Source of the DNA: Craspedostauros australis
Lineage: Eukaryota
DNA: 64,000 nucleotides
NCBI GenBank assembly: GCA_030167865.1
Contig: JALAGF010000347.1
Location: forward strand, 1 to 64,000
Direction: 5' to 3'
Of this stretch, positions 22,633-35,371 are shown piece by piece. Position 1 is the first letter of the stretch; every line of letters begins with the position of its first letter. Position numbers and translations under genes: made by a program. A model generated the notes under the pieces. It did no database searches and was not told the origin of the DNA. It saw only the letters and a list, made by a program, of their open reading frames with translations.

Positions 22633-23721
22633 ACAGCATTCGACAAGTCATCATCCAAATCCAAGCGGAAGAGCAGCAACTCAATTGGAGGAGCATCAAT
22701 ATCAACAACCACAATACTCAACTTGATTGCTTTGCGCGTCGCAAATTTTAGTGGAAACACAAACAACCAGAGCAGAGTACCTGGAATGACCACCTGCCTC
22801 TCTCTCTATCTCTCTCCAGAAAGTGCAGAACATCCCGGAGTACTGTATTGACTTGATGCAGAGCAGAGGACCACAATCTCCAACACCATCGAGAGGCTGC
22901 GAGTACTGTTGTTGGCGGACGCAATTCACACTGAGACTTCAAGAAAGGACTTGGCAGGTACATGTGCACTCTCATGGTTGTTCCTCTCTCCGTCTCTTCC
23001 AAGACAACTCTGCTGTCACAACAAATACACGTAGGTCCACCACGAGTACAAACACTGCTCAGGTGCAGTCTGGAATAGAATACGGCTAGAGTACACACGA
23101 GCACAAGTGCGCTCTCTCTCAAACGAACGAACTGGAGTATTAAGAATAGAAGCAGATGCCAACAGGACCACAGCGAAGTGCCAATAGACTGTAGAGTGTA
23201 GCAGAGGAGCATGCAGGCAAATCACGTAACAGAACGACCGACTCCAAGGAGATGAGGCCCAAGGGTACTGATGGATGGGTGAAAGCCGTTCTGCACATCA
23301 CGGATTGCGACTTCTGCGACTGCCGAAGCGGGCACAATTGTGAAGCAGATGGTTCAAGTCGCAAAAGATACGATTTGTGTCATCGCTTCGCCGCGAGTGC
23401 ACACGCGTTGGTCACGTTGAAGAGACGCAGTGTTTTGTGTGTCCCTCATGTGTCTTTGTTTCTCACCAGTGGTTTGAAGTCTGCCCTCGACAAAACCAGC
23501 ACCTCTGCAGGACGCACCACACGGCAACACCCACTCTCGCACCAACAATCGCACTCCTCGAGTGGGACTCTCGTAAGAAACAGGAACAACCGTAACGAGA
23601 ACAAGTTTCGCACAAGGAACCTTCACACCACACCACAGCACACTGCGCTCAACATAGCACAGCATAGCATAGCACAGGACAACAGCCCACTGCCCAAGCT
23701 CGTTGTTGAAGATCCGCAATC

Positions 23722-26478
23722 ATGGGCTCTACAGGATCGAAGAAAAAGAAGTCAAAACAGAAGCGAAAGCAACAGAAGGACCAAAAGATCCAAGCCAAGC
23801 CACAAGCCAAGCCACAAGCCAAGCCACAAGCCAAGGTTGACGCAATGCCACAGACCAAACCCAACAGCAAGCAGCAGACGAAGGCAAAGACCGAGCTTGT
23901 CGAACAATCACCGGCCAAGCCAACTGAGCCAGCTAAGCCAACCACTACTACGCCAACCAAGCCAACCAAGCCAACCAGCTCATCATCTCCGTCAATTGAT
24001 GCTACGGCGACGGTGGCATCGGCAGTAGCCTCCTCCGTGCCTGCGCAAACAGCACAGACCGATGCAGTGCCATCCCTCTCCCTGGAAACCTCCAACGACA
24101 TGAGCGTCCAGCCCATCGAGATGGTCAAGACTGAGGGATCCGAGGAAAGCACATCCTCCAAGGCAGAATCTGTCGAAGCGACGGGCGCAGCCGAGACAGG
24201 CAGCGCGTCACAACAGATTCTGTCTGCGCCAACGCACACCGACGATGATTTCACCAGCGACGGTGGCATCGGTTCCATGAGAGGCGTGCTCAACTACATC
24301 TGGACCTTCATTCTGGGTCTGGCCGGATTCCTCGATCTGCTGGCATGCCTGCTGCCGCTCTACATCACCCCGGAAATCATCGCGTCGGTCAAGGAGAATG
24401 GAGACGCGGAAGCTCTTGCAGAAGCCTTGGCGGCTGCCAGGACGCCGGAGGCCCTCATCGAGAACTACGGCGACGATCTCGTCGAGTGGACGGAATGGCT
24501 CGACAAGTACGATGTCACCATCGGCTTCATCTTTGCAGGGATGTGGTTCCTCGACGCCTTCGTCGCCGCACACCGACAGCGTTCCCAGGCCATCAATGAG
24601 CAGGAACGCAAACGCTTGCACGTGCATCATGGCGGTCACGCAGAGGGCAAGGCTGGCGAGGACAGTGCGGCTGGCGAAGACAGTGCGACTGGCGAGAAGA
24701 TCAGTTTTTGGAAACGGCCAATGGTCGCATACTACCGCACCATCATCATCCAGCTCCTGCTCTTGCCCATCGGCTTTTACTTCTCTCTATACTACTACTA
24801 CAACCAGGCCAGGCTTGGTGAGAGCATCATGTCGCTCGACGACATCGATGACGAGGTCATCATCGACGTGGGCCTGATCACCGACGAAGAGGGCGCCGAC
24901 TTCGCTCGCACGGTGTTCTCTCCCAGGAGCAAGCTCACCGTCATCTTCGCCATCGTCCAGCACGTCTGGCTGCAAACGATGCGCTCCACAATGCGCATTG
25001 CCAAATCCAAGATCAACGAGACGAGGCGCACCACAGTCCCCAAGCTCGTGCGCTACGTGCTCGGCAACGCCATCCGCCACCCCATCAAGTTCCGTCGCCA
25101 GATCCGCAAGCTCCTGCGCTACGTGCGCTGGATCAAGTACCTCGCACCAGTCATCGGGGCGCTCAACAAGCTCAAGGGCAACGTCTCGGACATGTTCAAG
25201 AAGATGAAGCAACGCCGCAAGGCGCGTGCGTTCAAGCAAATCCAGAGGAAGCTGTGGGCGGAAAAGTCGCCAGAAGAACTGCGCGAGCACGCGGCGCTCA
25301 GGCTGCAATCGGCGTTCCGCGCCTACCGATCTCGCAAGACCATGTACGCCTACAAGCTCATGCTGGGCACCAGGAAAGAGTTCGCCACGTTGCGCATGCA
25401 ACGGGTCCTGCGACGTCGACTGGCGGCTGCAAGGGCCCGGTTGGCCAAGAAGAAGCTCGAGCTGGAGCGTCTCGAACATCTCAAGACGGATCGAATCTCC
25501 GACGCCGAGAAGAAGCGGATGTACGAGCTTCAGGATGAATTGACGCACGAGGCACGCAAGCTCATCAACAAGCGCATGCTGCTGCGTCCGAATACGACCT
25601 TTGCGGTCGTTTGGAGGATGCTGTTCATTCTGTGCGTCGTGATCGAGATCACCCAGCTCATCGCAAAGCCGATGGTGGCGCACTTCAAGGATCAGGACAA
25701 GATCAAGAGCAGCGACACCTCCGTTGACAACACCGATGCCCAATATCTGTCCAGGAAATTCATTCCTGCTCCCATCTCCCAATGGCCATCCTGTCAGCCC
25801 AGCAAGGCCATGAAGAAGAAGCACAAGAAGAACAGTCACACTGGCAATGACACATCCGATGGTACCAGCGTCTTTGATGACTTGCCATGGTACTGCAGCA
25901 GGCCGTTCTCGACAATCCAGGAAACCGGCCGCGATCTCATTGCACTGGCAGTAATTCCATCAGAAGTCTCCACGTGGGAGGAGTGTAGCACCGTGGAGAA
26001 AAAATCGCTCAAACAGCGCATTAGCAGCATTTGGAAACCAAGGCAAGGTCCATCATCGCCATGGTACTGCAAAGAACCGACCACGTGGGTGCATTCCAAA
26101 TACCGCATGATGGCAGACTTGCTCTTCGATCAGTTCTTGGTGTTCGTTGGAATCGTCTGCTTCGTCGATGTCTTCGTCAACTTCTTCACGGGGGAATTCG
26201 AAGCTGAAACTGGTGTGCTCGTGCCCAAGCCATTCTTCGTGCGATGGATCCTGCCCGGTCTTGTCCTGCAGTTGCTCGTCAATCCAAAGATGGGCACCGT
26301 CGCCGCGGTCGTCGCCGACCTTATGAAGAAAATGTTCTCCCAAGGTCCAATCCGTGTGTTCCGATGGGGCATCGCCGTCGTCTTCCCCGTCATGTACGGG
26401 TTGTACCACTTCGTGTCCACCTACATCTGGATGCCCGTCGTCAGCTTTGAGAATACGTACAGAACCGTTTCGTCGTGA
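23722..26478 (+). CDS. Multi-pass membrane protein with IQ calmodulin-binding motifs and ion-channel-like TM segments
   Basis: 918-aa intronless ORF with coding codon bias. IQ-like AALRLQSAFRAYRSRK and ATLRMQRVLRRRL; LLRPNTTFAVVWRMLF and FVDVFVNFFTGEF resemble S1/S2 of CNG/HCN/EAG channels. Confidence 0.8.
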   Translation: MGSTGSKKKKSKQKRKQQKDQKIQAKPQAKPQAKPQAKVDAMPQTKPNSKQQTKAKTELVEQSPAKPTEPAKPTTTTPTKPTKPTSSSSPSIDATATVASAVASSVPAQTAQTDAVPSLSLETSNDMSVQPIEMVKTEGSEESTSSKAESVEATGAAETGSASQQILSAPTHTDDDFTSDGGIGSMRGVLNYIWTFILGLAGFLDLLACLLPLYITPEIIASVKENGDAEALAEALAAARTPEALIENYGDDLVEWTEWLDKYDVTIGFIFAGMWFLDAFVAAHRQRSQAINEQERKRLHVHHGGHAEGKAGEDSAAGEDSATGEKISFWKRPMVAYYRTIIIQLLLLPIGFYFSLYYYYNQARLGESIMSLDDIDDEVIIDVGLITDEEGADFARTVFSPRSKLTVIFAIVQHVWLQTMRSTMRIAKSKINETRRTTVPKLVRYVLGNAIRHPIKFRRQIRKLLRYVRWIKYLAPVIGALNKLKGNVSDMFKKMKQRRKARAFKQIQRKLWAEKSPEELREHAALRLQSAFRAYRSRKTMYAYKLMLGTRKEFATLRMQRVLRRRLAAARARLAKKKLELERLEHLKTDRISDAEKKRMYELQDELTHEARKLINKRMLLRPNTTFAVVWRMLFILCVVIEITQLIAKPMVAHFKDQDKIKSSDTSVDNTDAQYLSRKFIPAPISQWPSCQPSKAMKKKHKKNSHTGNDTSDGTSVFDDLPWYCSRPFSTIQETGRDLIALAVIPSEVSTWEECSTVEKKSLKQRISSIWKPRQGPSSPWYCKEPTTWVHSKYRMMADLLFDQFLVFVGIVCFVDVFVNFFTGEFEAETGVLVPKPFFVRWILPGLVLQLLVNPKMGTVAAVVADLMKKMFSQGPIRVFRWGIAVVFPVMYGLYHFVSTYIWMPVVSFENTYRTVSS

Positions 26479-27088
26479 GATGACATGCAACAACAAATGG
26501 TCGAACACGACGTTCTTGGAAGTCGATTGATGTGACATGATTCAAACATATTCTATGTAACAGTAGCGCGTAGGAGCAAAGCCGGGTCACAATCACGGAA
26601 GTATCATACGCGCACGGGTGTGTCCACAGAATTGCAATCATTAATCAGGATAGAATCATCTACGCGTACTTCACAGTTCATTTCATCAAGAGGCAACAAA
26701 GAGAACTGATCGACAGCACGCGCAGAATGCGAATGACTGCCGAGCCTGTCCAGACTCATCGCATCAAAGAAACTCGATTCCTGCGACGACGACAGGTGCC
26801 ACCACATGCGGTCCGATCTGCTCTATGGTACGAGTATGGTCCATTCCACTTTCGATAACCAATACATACGTGTATTCTCAAGATACGGAGAACTTTCGAG
26901 TGGTAGGTGCAGGATCTGCACTTGCTGTACGATCCATTCAATTCAAGGTATGGTGCGAGCATAATGCCAAAGTCTATTTGATGATGCATTGTGGAGGAGA
27001 GAACCGGGAGTTAAATGTGTTGCTAGATCCGGTTGGAACGATGATTCTGAAAACAACTTCTCGTGCTATTCAAAAAGGAAGCTGCGAT

Positions 27089-30000
27089 CTATCCCATGAG
27101 GGCTCCCCCTCTTCTCATGCCGATAACCGGTGCCTGTCGCACGAGCGCCTCGTCTGGCTCCTTCGTGCCCTCTGGCTTGATCGTCTGCCCGATGCACGTG
27201 AACAGATCCTGCTCGTCCAGCAACAAGGTCTCCAGGGTGAGCTGGAGGTCCTTTGGCGTGATGGCCTCAACGACGGCCTGGAAGTCGGTGAAGGAGAGCG
27301 GCCCTTTGAGCGGGATGGATTCCTCCTGGAGTCCAGACATCAGCTGGGCCCAGTACGAATTCGTTCGCAACTCGATTTCGTGACGGTTGACGACAACGCG
27401 CTTGGCAGACTCGACGTTGTCGGGTGTGATTTGCTGGTTCTTTCGCAAGGTGTGCAAGGTTTCCTTGCAAGCATCGAGGGCCTTCTGGGCGTTCTCCTTC
27501 GAGGCCGTCACAGTGACCAGGAACCAGCCACCGAGTAACCTTTCGAAGCCGGAGAAAGAGAAGTTGGCGTCGTAGGTCAGTTGCTTGCGCTCGCGGACGT
27601 TCGAGAACAGTCTACGGTTGATGATTTCGGATAGGAGCATGAGGGCGACATGGGCGAACAATGGGTGCTTGCGTCTTTGCTTGTCGTAGTCGGATGCTCG
27701 CTTATCATTCTCCAGCACTCTTTCTGCAACGGTCGATCCGTCGGAAAGGTAACCCCAGGTGTTGGGTGCAGCTCCTGCGACGTACGCGACGGCGCGTGGA
27801 TCAGAGTCTGGCAGCTCCATGTTGATGTGCTTGCCTGGAAGTGGGACGGTTGGAACGGCTCCAACCTTCGCCTCCTTCTGCTCCTCGACGATGTACTCAT
27901 TGTTGGCGTTCTCAGGGATGCTTCCGATGTACTTGTACACCATCTCCAGCACTTCGGCAACATCGAAGTCACCGGAGAGGGAGACCTCAAGGTTGGGCGG
28001 CAACAGCTGTGACATGACGGCTGTCCTGGCATCCTCAAGAGTGATGTCTTCGACGGAATTCACGTCGATGGAGACGAATCTTTGGATACGGTTGCGGTTA
28101 CGAAATGGAGCGGAGTAAAGTGTCAAAAAAGAGAAGAATGAATGACGAGCCAAATTACAAGGCAAGGGTGAGTCATCGTGGCAACCTCCGCAACATGCAA
28201 CACAGCGCCGTCCACTCGGAGCAACATTGCACGAATGTGCCATGCATCGCGGCAAACAAACAAACAAACAAACACGCAGGCAGAGCATTGACGAACGATG
28301 AAAGCGATGAACGCACCTGTCATCCTTTCTGGCCATGGCCTCGATGATACGTTCTGTGCTCAGACCTTCCAAGTTCTTTTGCAAGCTCTCGTGGGCGCTT
28401 CGGAAGCTGGACTTGCTGCGTCCCAAGGCGTCCTGCTCCCACTTGAAGCCGACGATGATCTCGCGTACGACCTGCAGCACCGATTCGGTTCCGGTGATTC
28501 CGAGCTGCACGTTGTCGCCGAAGCCAACATTTCCGACATTGGTGGTGGGGAAGACGAAGTCCACAGTCACCGATTCTTCGTTGCAGTTGATTTCCACCAT
28601 GAGCAAGTGGTCGACGCAGAAGAGCTCGACCTGTTCGCGGGTCCATGGACCGAATGCGCCACCTTCCTGCATGGTCCTGGCGCCAACCGCCATAGATCCT
28701 CGCTTGAAGCCAAGCCTCTTCTCGGCATCGCGACCTCCTGGTGCCACAAGGCGGAGGTGACCACGTTGGGATTCGCCGGCGTTGTAGGCAACACCAACAC
28801 GGATGCCGTTGCCGAGACGTCGCAGGGTGAATGGGCGTGTCATGGTGTCTGGGGATGTGTCGGGTGTGCCGTCAGAGAAGTGGCCGCCCTTCCAAGTTGG
28901 TGGATTTCCCTGCATGGCCTTGTGCAGTTCGTTTTCGGGGACAAGCGAGTATGGTACGACAACATCCTCCTCCGGCTGGACGTTGGCTTGACATGCCTTG
29001 TAGATGGCATCAACCAACGTATTTTCGTCGCAGTAGGATGGGTCTCCCTTTCCAATGCCCTTCGGTGTGCAGGCGATGGCGATGAGCGGGCCGCTGATGC
29101 CGTCCTTGCCATCCTTGAGGCTGGTGATGTGAGAGCATAGCTCCGCCGCGGCCTCGTTGACATCCTGCAACGTGAGGGAAGAGAGGGCGTTGGCTGTGAC
29201 GTGGTAGGATTGCTCAGGTGACATGAAGGTGTGCCCGTTGGCCACGGTCTCCATGAGGTACGCGAGCTGGTCGCCGTGGCTGATTCGATCGCCCTGGGCT
29301 GCTAATTGCTCGGCATCGGTCATGAGGGATGATGCGTAACGTTCCATCTCGCCCATGGTGACACCGTACACGCCGAGCTTGCGGATTTCGGAGAGCGATT
29401 TGGAGATGGCCTCCTCCCAACGGTGGGGTTCGGCGGTCATGTCCAAACTGCAGACGGCGCAACCTTCACGTGCCGAGTCGAGCTGATTGAACTCGACAAA
29501 GGTGAATGCTGGATCGTCGCTTCTGCCGCCCACGTTCAATCTGATCTGCAACGCGGCAAGAGCGACGCGTCGTGCCAGACTTCGGCGGAATGCGGCCAAT
29601 GTTGTGATTGGCTCGACTGGTCGCTTGGCAAAGACGTGCAGGGAGAATGCCTGCAACAGCTCATGACTGCGCGAACGGTATCACAGGTGTATGAGAGAGA
29701 ATGGAAGCGGAGGGAAGCAGAGCAGAGGGTTAGGAAATGCGCGAGTACAAGCTGTTTGGTGTTGCATTGCGTTGGTGATGAGATGTCTTGACAACTGGCA
29801 GCTGACCGTGACGATTCGCCGTCGTGGCAGCAGAACGATCGTTGTTGGCATCACATGGACCAATCGATGGACTGAGAACGACTTTGTGCTGTGCTGCTAT
29901 GGTGCACGCACGCACATGCACACATATCCAGGCGGGCGCCCGCGCCAAGCACGCAGCATGGGACGTTGATGTTTGTGGTTTGACTCACCGGAAGATGTGG

Positions 30001-31706
30001 GGACGGATTCTCTTGCCGGGCGCAGCCTCCTCGATGCTCAAAATGTCAACCTTCTCATCCAACGAGTAGGCGTTCTGCAAGTGGATGTCATAGTCGGCGA
30101 CGCCACCTTCGAATGCCATTCCTTCCTCGATCTTTGCGTTGAATGGGATGTTCCAGTCGTGCTTGACTGGAGGGTAATGCCAGCTCTGTCCCGCCTTGAC
30201 GGTGCCGCTGACCACCGCATCTGCCAGCTTTCCGGCCTCCTGCTTGATCTCTGGGATCTTGATGTCGACCGCCTGCTTCTCGGCGCTGATGTGGCCGAAC
30301 TTCTCCTCGATGACCTTCTCGGCCTCATCAGGGTTGATGTCGCCCACCAAGTACAGCAAGACGTTGTCAGGACGGTAATGCGTGCGATGCCAAGACTTGA
30401 CATCATCAATCTGCCAGCTGCGGATGAGGCTTTCCTTTCCGATGGGGAATCGCTTTGCGAGTCTGTTCTCTCTGTGCAAAGTAGCAAGGATCTGGCACTC
30501 CACGCGGTATTCGATTGTGTTGACCATGGTCATCTCGGACAGCACAGCGGCTCTCTCTTTCTCGACGCGCGAAGCTTCAACCCTTGCCTCCATGACATCA
30601 ACAAGCGCATCCAGCGCCATGGGCAGCATCTGGTATCCGCCGCGTGGGGTGCGCACAGGACAAGCGGCGTAAAAGACAGTGTGATGAAAGTCGGTGTACG
30701 CGTTGGTCTGCGAACCTGTTCCAAACAACCGCTCTCTCTTTCGCGAACCCATGTACGCCACATGCTCCGTCAAGTGCGCGATGCCCTGCTGTGGTTCCAA
30801 CTCATCGGCTGTGATTCGCATTCATGTTCAAATTCCAATTCGAGCAAAGTGGTGGAGGGTGGGATAAATACGTATCGCACAGTGTACAGTGTGCAGTGTG
30901 CAGTGTGCAGTGTACATTGCACGTTGTGTGGTGTCACATGAGATAGCAGGGCGTTGATTGAGTCACAACCCACGGATTGAGTTCAAGTCGATTCCATTGC
31001 ATGAAACATGGTGTGTCGTCCGGTAAGATCGATGACATTCGGTTCCATGCATAACCCAAAGGAATGGATTGGTTGGGCAGATGGAAAGGAGAGGTGGGAG
31101 GAGCGGAGATGGTGAGGAATGTGATGGCGATGACTTGATGGATGTGTCGGTTGCAACGCGAGCCTCTACCTCGTGGGGATACAGCAGGAAGAAACGAGCC
31201 AACCAGGAAGCAATCAGGAGCAGAAGGCGCAGCGTCGGAAGCAGGTGACGGAACGACTTACCAGAGCCGGAGAAGACCTGCAGATGTGCCTCGAAGCGGT
31301 CAGCGGGGCTCTTGTTGGGAAGGATGACGTATGGGAGTCCATTCTTGAGCACTCCGCTGCGCACATCCTGATGGACGGGGAGGATTTGAGAACCATCCTC
31401 CGCATCCAATTTGCGTCCTGGCGTGAGACGGTTGAGCGGCGAGATGTGCGGCCGGACGCTGGGATGCGGATCCAAAGCGCGGTTGCCACGCAGGGCAGAC
31501 TTGGTTGCACCGCCATCGTTCTGCTGCGGCCCGCCGAAGAGATTCGTCAAGGAGAAGGCAGGCTCACCGTCCTTGCCCAGGCGGATGGCAGATGAGGACT
31601 TTGTTTTGGCCACCCATGGCTGTCTGCCGCTGTTCTGCAAGGTGAACGCCTCAGTTGTTCCCAACGCTCCCACGAGGGCCAACAGAACGGAGGCCGGGAT
31701 CTTCAT
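27089..31706 (-). CDS. SPP: Stromal processing peptidase (M16 metallopeptidase), plastid-targeted; exons 31706-31262, 30808-29989, 29666-28317, 28079-27089
   Basis: Presequence ..TTEAFTL; FEAHLQVFSGS|ADE, inverted zinc motif HLTEH, TNAYTDFHHTVF, KRFPIGKE and RLFSNVRERKQLTYD. All three introns are GT-AG and phase-compatible. Confidence 0.93.
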
Positions 31707-33148
31707 GATTGCTATGCGGTGTTGGGTGTTCAAAAGGTCCTTTTCCAAGCACAGCCGGTGCTCAGTCTGTTGATACTGTTGATGTCGATGTCGTTGATGC
31801 TGTCGATTCTTCACAACAATACACAACTCTGTTTGCTCTGCAACGCTATCACCCTGTTCACTGTGGTCAGGTCGATCTTGCTGTCGCGCTCAGTTGCTCT
31901 GTGCTGAAGTGCGGTGACAGACGATCGTGCGTGTTTGGTGTGATTATGGATAGAACGCTGTCGTCTTCGATGGATAGAGCCAACTAGCACTTTCAGTGTA
32001 GATAGCACTGACAACTGACCCGCCACTGCGCGTGTGTTCTGGAGCTTTTGTGTTTCAGTTGGTGGCAGGAGCGTCCGCAATCTGCTTCGGAGCGCCCTTC
32101 CGCGGCGCGCTTGTCGTTTGCGCCTGCTTCCGCTTCGTGTGGTTTGGATCAAGCCAAAAAAAGGCAGATCCGCGGCGGCTCCGAACAGAAATTCCGGGCT
32201 TTGGTTGGACGATGGAAGACATGTGGAAGCCGCATGTCCCACGCACTGAACGTCACGCAACTTCTTCTTCTATTCCGATGAGTCGATAGCAGTTGACACC
32301 GAATCAATTGCAACTGGAATTGAAGATGACGTCACGATGTATCCATGGATTGCCTCGATTTGTTGGTGCTGTGTGATCATGGTCGACTCCTCTGACCGTG
32401 TTTCGATTCTGGCGGTGACATGGACAGACGAACAAGAAACGAATTCCGGATGTATGGCCAGGCGGTCGCATTGTCGAACTGTTCGGTTTGGCGCGCGAGA
32501 CGGACGCTGCGACAACAGTCCCAAGGGAACAGCACCAACAGCAAAGGCAAGCGGGAGGACGAGGGGACGAACGACATCAGCGAGAAATCAGCATGGTCTG
32601 GAACAACACCAGCAACAAAAGCAACAAGGACACCACCAGGAAGGGTAGCGAGAACGGCATCGTCAGCACCTGAGCAACAGCGATCTGCACGCACAACTGT
32701 CGTAACAGCAAGAATTGGTATGTTGATGTCGAAGGACAAGAGGAGGCAACGTGGCAGATACGACAATGAAGATGGAGGTCTCATCGCATAGGTCCTCTCT
32801 TTCCAAAATCATCATTGCCGTGAAGACCCTCAGTGACGGTTCCTGGAAGTGCAGCTTCGTTGCTTCGTCGTTTGATGGCGGCTTCGCTAATCCCAGCGCT
32901 GATTGGAGCGCACGCTTCTTCTTGATGACGCCAAGAGGTCAACCAGATACCTGACTTGTGCATTGGCGGTGTTGGTTGAAGTCACTGGTCATACATGTAG
33001 CGTGTAGCGTGTACATCACCCGCAGCTATCTCACGTGCTCTCCTCTCCTCCACCCTCGTGCTCTCCTGTTCCACCGTTCCGTCCCTGCTCGCTCCGCTCT
33101 CTGGTCGGATGCCGTCTGTTGTGTGCTGCCCCAATAGAATTTTCCACC

Positions 33149-33394
33149 ATGGTTCAAGGTGAGCGAATCATCAACTACAACAAGCGCCTCTACGGCCCAG
33201 GGCCGCTGGCACGCGTCCCAGCACCAGGCATCATGGGATACTTCGCCCGCCAACCTCCTCTTCGCGGATTCGCCATCTGCGCCGCCCAGGGTGTCGCGAT
33301 GGGATTCGCCGTGTCCCTCTACTACAAGGTCTTCATGGGAGATCCAGACACACGCGCCATCGAGGCCTACTACAAGGAGAATCCACCGCGATAA
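33149..33394 (+). CDS. Small single-TM protein, possibly cytochrome c oxidase subunit VIc/Cox9-like
   Basis: 81-aa ORF with a good start context (ccaccATGG) and high-expression codon bias. The TM is followed by YKVFMGDPDTRAIEAYYKE, similar in pattern to the COX6C C-terminus; the product call is tentative. Confidence 0.6.
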   Translation: MVQGERIINYNKRLYGPGPLARVPAPGIMGYFARQPPLRGFAICAAQGVAMGFAVSLYYKVFMGDPDTRAIEAYYKENPPR

Positions 33395-34161
33395 GCAATC
33401 ATGGTCGCTTGCATCAATGCATCTCTATCTTTAGAGAAAGAGAGAAAGAAAGGATGTGAGGCGCGAGCAGTCATTGCGCCAGCACGGAATCTCGCATGGT
33501 ATTGCAACCTGCGTTGCTCTTGAGTCGACGAATTCTTCCTCGATGAATACATGCACACGTGCACACATGAAGATGCACACATGAAGATGCACAACCTAAG
33601 ATGAGATCTCGGGCTGCCATTCACATTGTACACCGAAGATTCTGTTCGATCATTTCATGAGGAGAGATGTCGCAAGCAAGTGGAGCTGAATTATGGTGCG
33701 ATACACATAAAGGCCGATTCTATACCATAGAGAGAAAGCCAAGACGTTCACAACCTGTTCATATGCTGTCCACACTTTCATTTGTAAGGCGTTCTGTCAT
33801 GCAGCATAGTTGGAAGGAAGCACAGTCTTGCAGTGGCTCTATTTTGGCCAGTGATGCTTGTCTGTTATCTGTAGAAAGACCATGGTCATGTATGGACGCA
33901 TCGTACCTATTATTATACACTATACATGCGAGTACCGAGGAGAGCGATCGAATGTAAACATGGTGTGATGCCAAACCCTGAACGGAGATGTCACGATTTT
34001 GCTTTGTTGGTTTTGTTTTGGCAATCGTCGTCTTTTCATTTTCAGCGCTTCGACGGCTCGCTCTCATCCAGCTGAAGCAACGCAGAGCACACAATTTCTG
34101 CTCCAACTCATTCACTCATCCACGCAACGTATTCTATAATAGCATTATACAGCACAGAACC

Positions 34162-35076
34162 ATGCCAAGCACTAATTCAACACTGCTGCCACCGACATTG
34201 GTCAGCTCACCCAGCAATGCGGATGACAAGATCGAGTTCAGCCTGCATACGTTGCCCAAGCAGCTGCTGCGGGAGTTCCATCATGTCTTCGGCGACAACT
34301 TCATGCAAGGTGTGGTGGCCACCAACACTGATCAGATGGAGCTGCTGGCCATCCCCACCAACCAGCAGGCGAGACAAGATCTGGTGGCCGTCGGCGATCA
34401 CATCGAGAAAGAGAAGGATCGTCTGCTGAACGTTGTAAGTGTTGCTGTTATTTCTACTCGCATTTCATGCTACCTGTTGCTTGTTTCCAATGGGCGCACA
34501 GCATTGGTGAAACCGTAGAGTTCCTTGAGGTCACATTGATGGTGGCTCAACGCAAACGCTATGTTACTGCTTCATCCAACGGTTCTTCTGTCTGTAGAGA
34601 GCGAGAGACACCACTGTACATACAAGTAATACTCTGCCATTTATTACGACTATGATCTAACATATTCGTTTGATTGCTACACTGCATTATTTGTATCATG
34701 CGATACTGCTCTACTCAACCGTTGACGCGTTGCTGAAACGCAATCAACACCGCCATGCTGCCATGCCACCGTGCCACCACCACAGTTCATGGGCTTTGGC
34801 AAGCAGCTGTGTGAAGCGCTGAGGGCATTGGGTTTCTGGGCTGATTACATCGATCCGTGCTCAGGCCTTCCGATGCTGTCTCGGGGTTGCAACAAGGTGT
34901 ACTCGGAGGTGGATGGCATGGAATGCCTTCTGAACTACCGCTCGTACAACGCAGGATTCTGCAAGATATTGATGCACCCCAAGTGGGGATCCGCTGTCTA
35001 CCCCGCCACAATCTTCGTGTACGCTCCTCGAGATCCAGTGATGAGGTTTGCGCAGCAGCTCATTTCCAAGCCATGA
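34162..35076 (+). CDS. MMADHC: Cobalamin trafficking protein CblD (MMADHC-like); exons 34162-34434 and 34786-35076
   Basis: EKDRLLNV|FMGFGKQLCEAL..GFWADYIDPCSGLP, GFCKILMHPKWGSAVYPATIF; GTAAGT...CACAG intron in phase 0. Confidence 0.88.
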
Positions 35077-35371
35077 GTACGTTCGAAAAGTACGAGTAGA
35101 AGCAGGGGCAGAGGTTTCTGATGGAGTACATGCTCCTCTAATAGTACTCGTATCTCCAATCTTGAGAGCGATCAACAATCGTACTCGTATTCGCGCCCCG
35201 GTACTTGAGGTATGGCATGTTGCACGCTGCAAGCTTCGAGCTGATTGTGCCCCCTCGCTCTCATAATCGCCGCATGCACTGGAGTACGCAAGGTACCCCA
35301 ACAATATTCCATCGCCTCATCACGTGGAGTCCTTCGTACTCGTACTCGTCGTTGTGTTGTTGAGTGTAACC

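Noticed and set aside
32270-32963. Several short overlapping ORFs between SPP and the COX6C-like gene
   Set aside because: No consistent frame, motif or splice model could be built.
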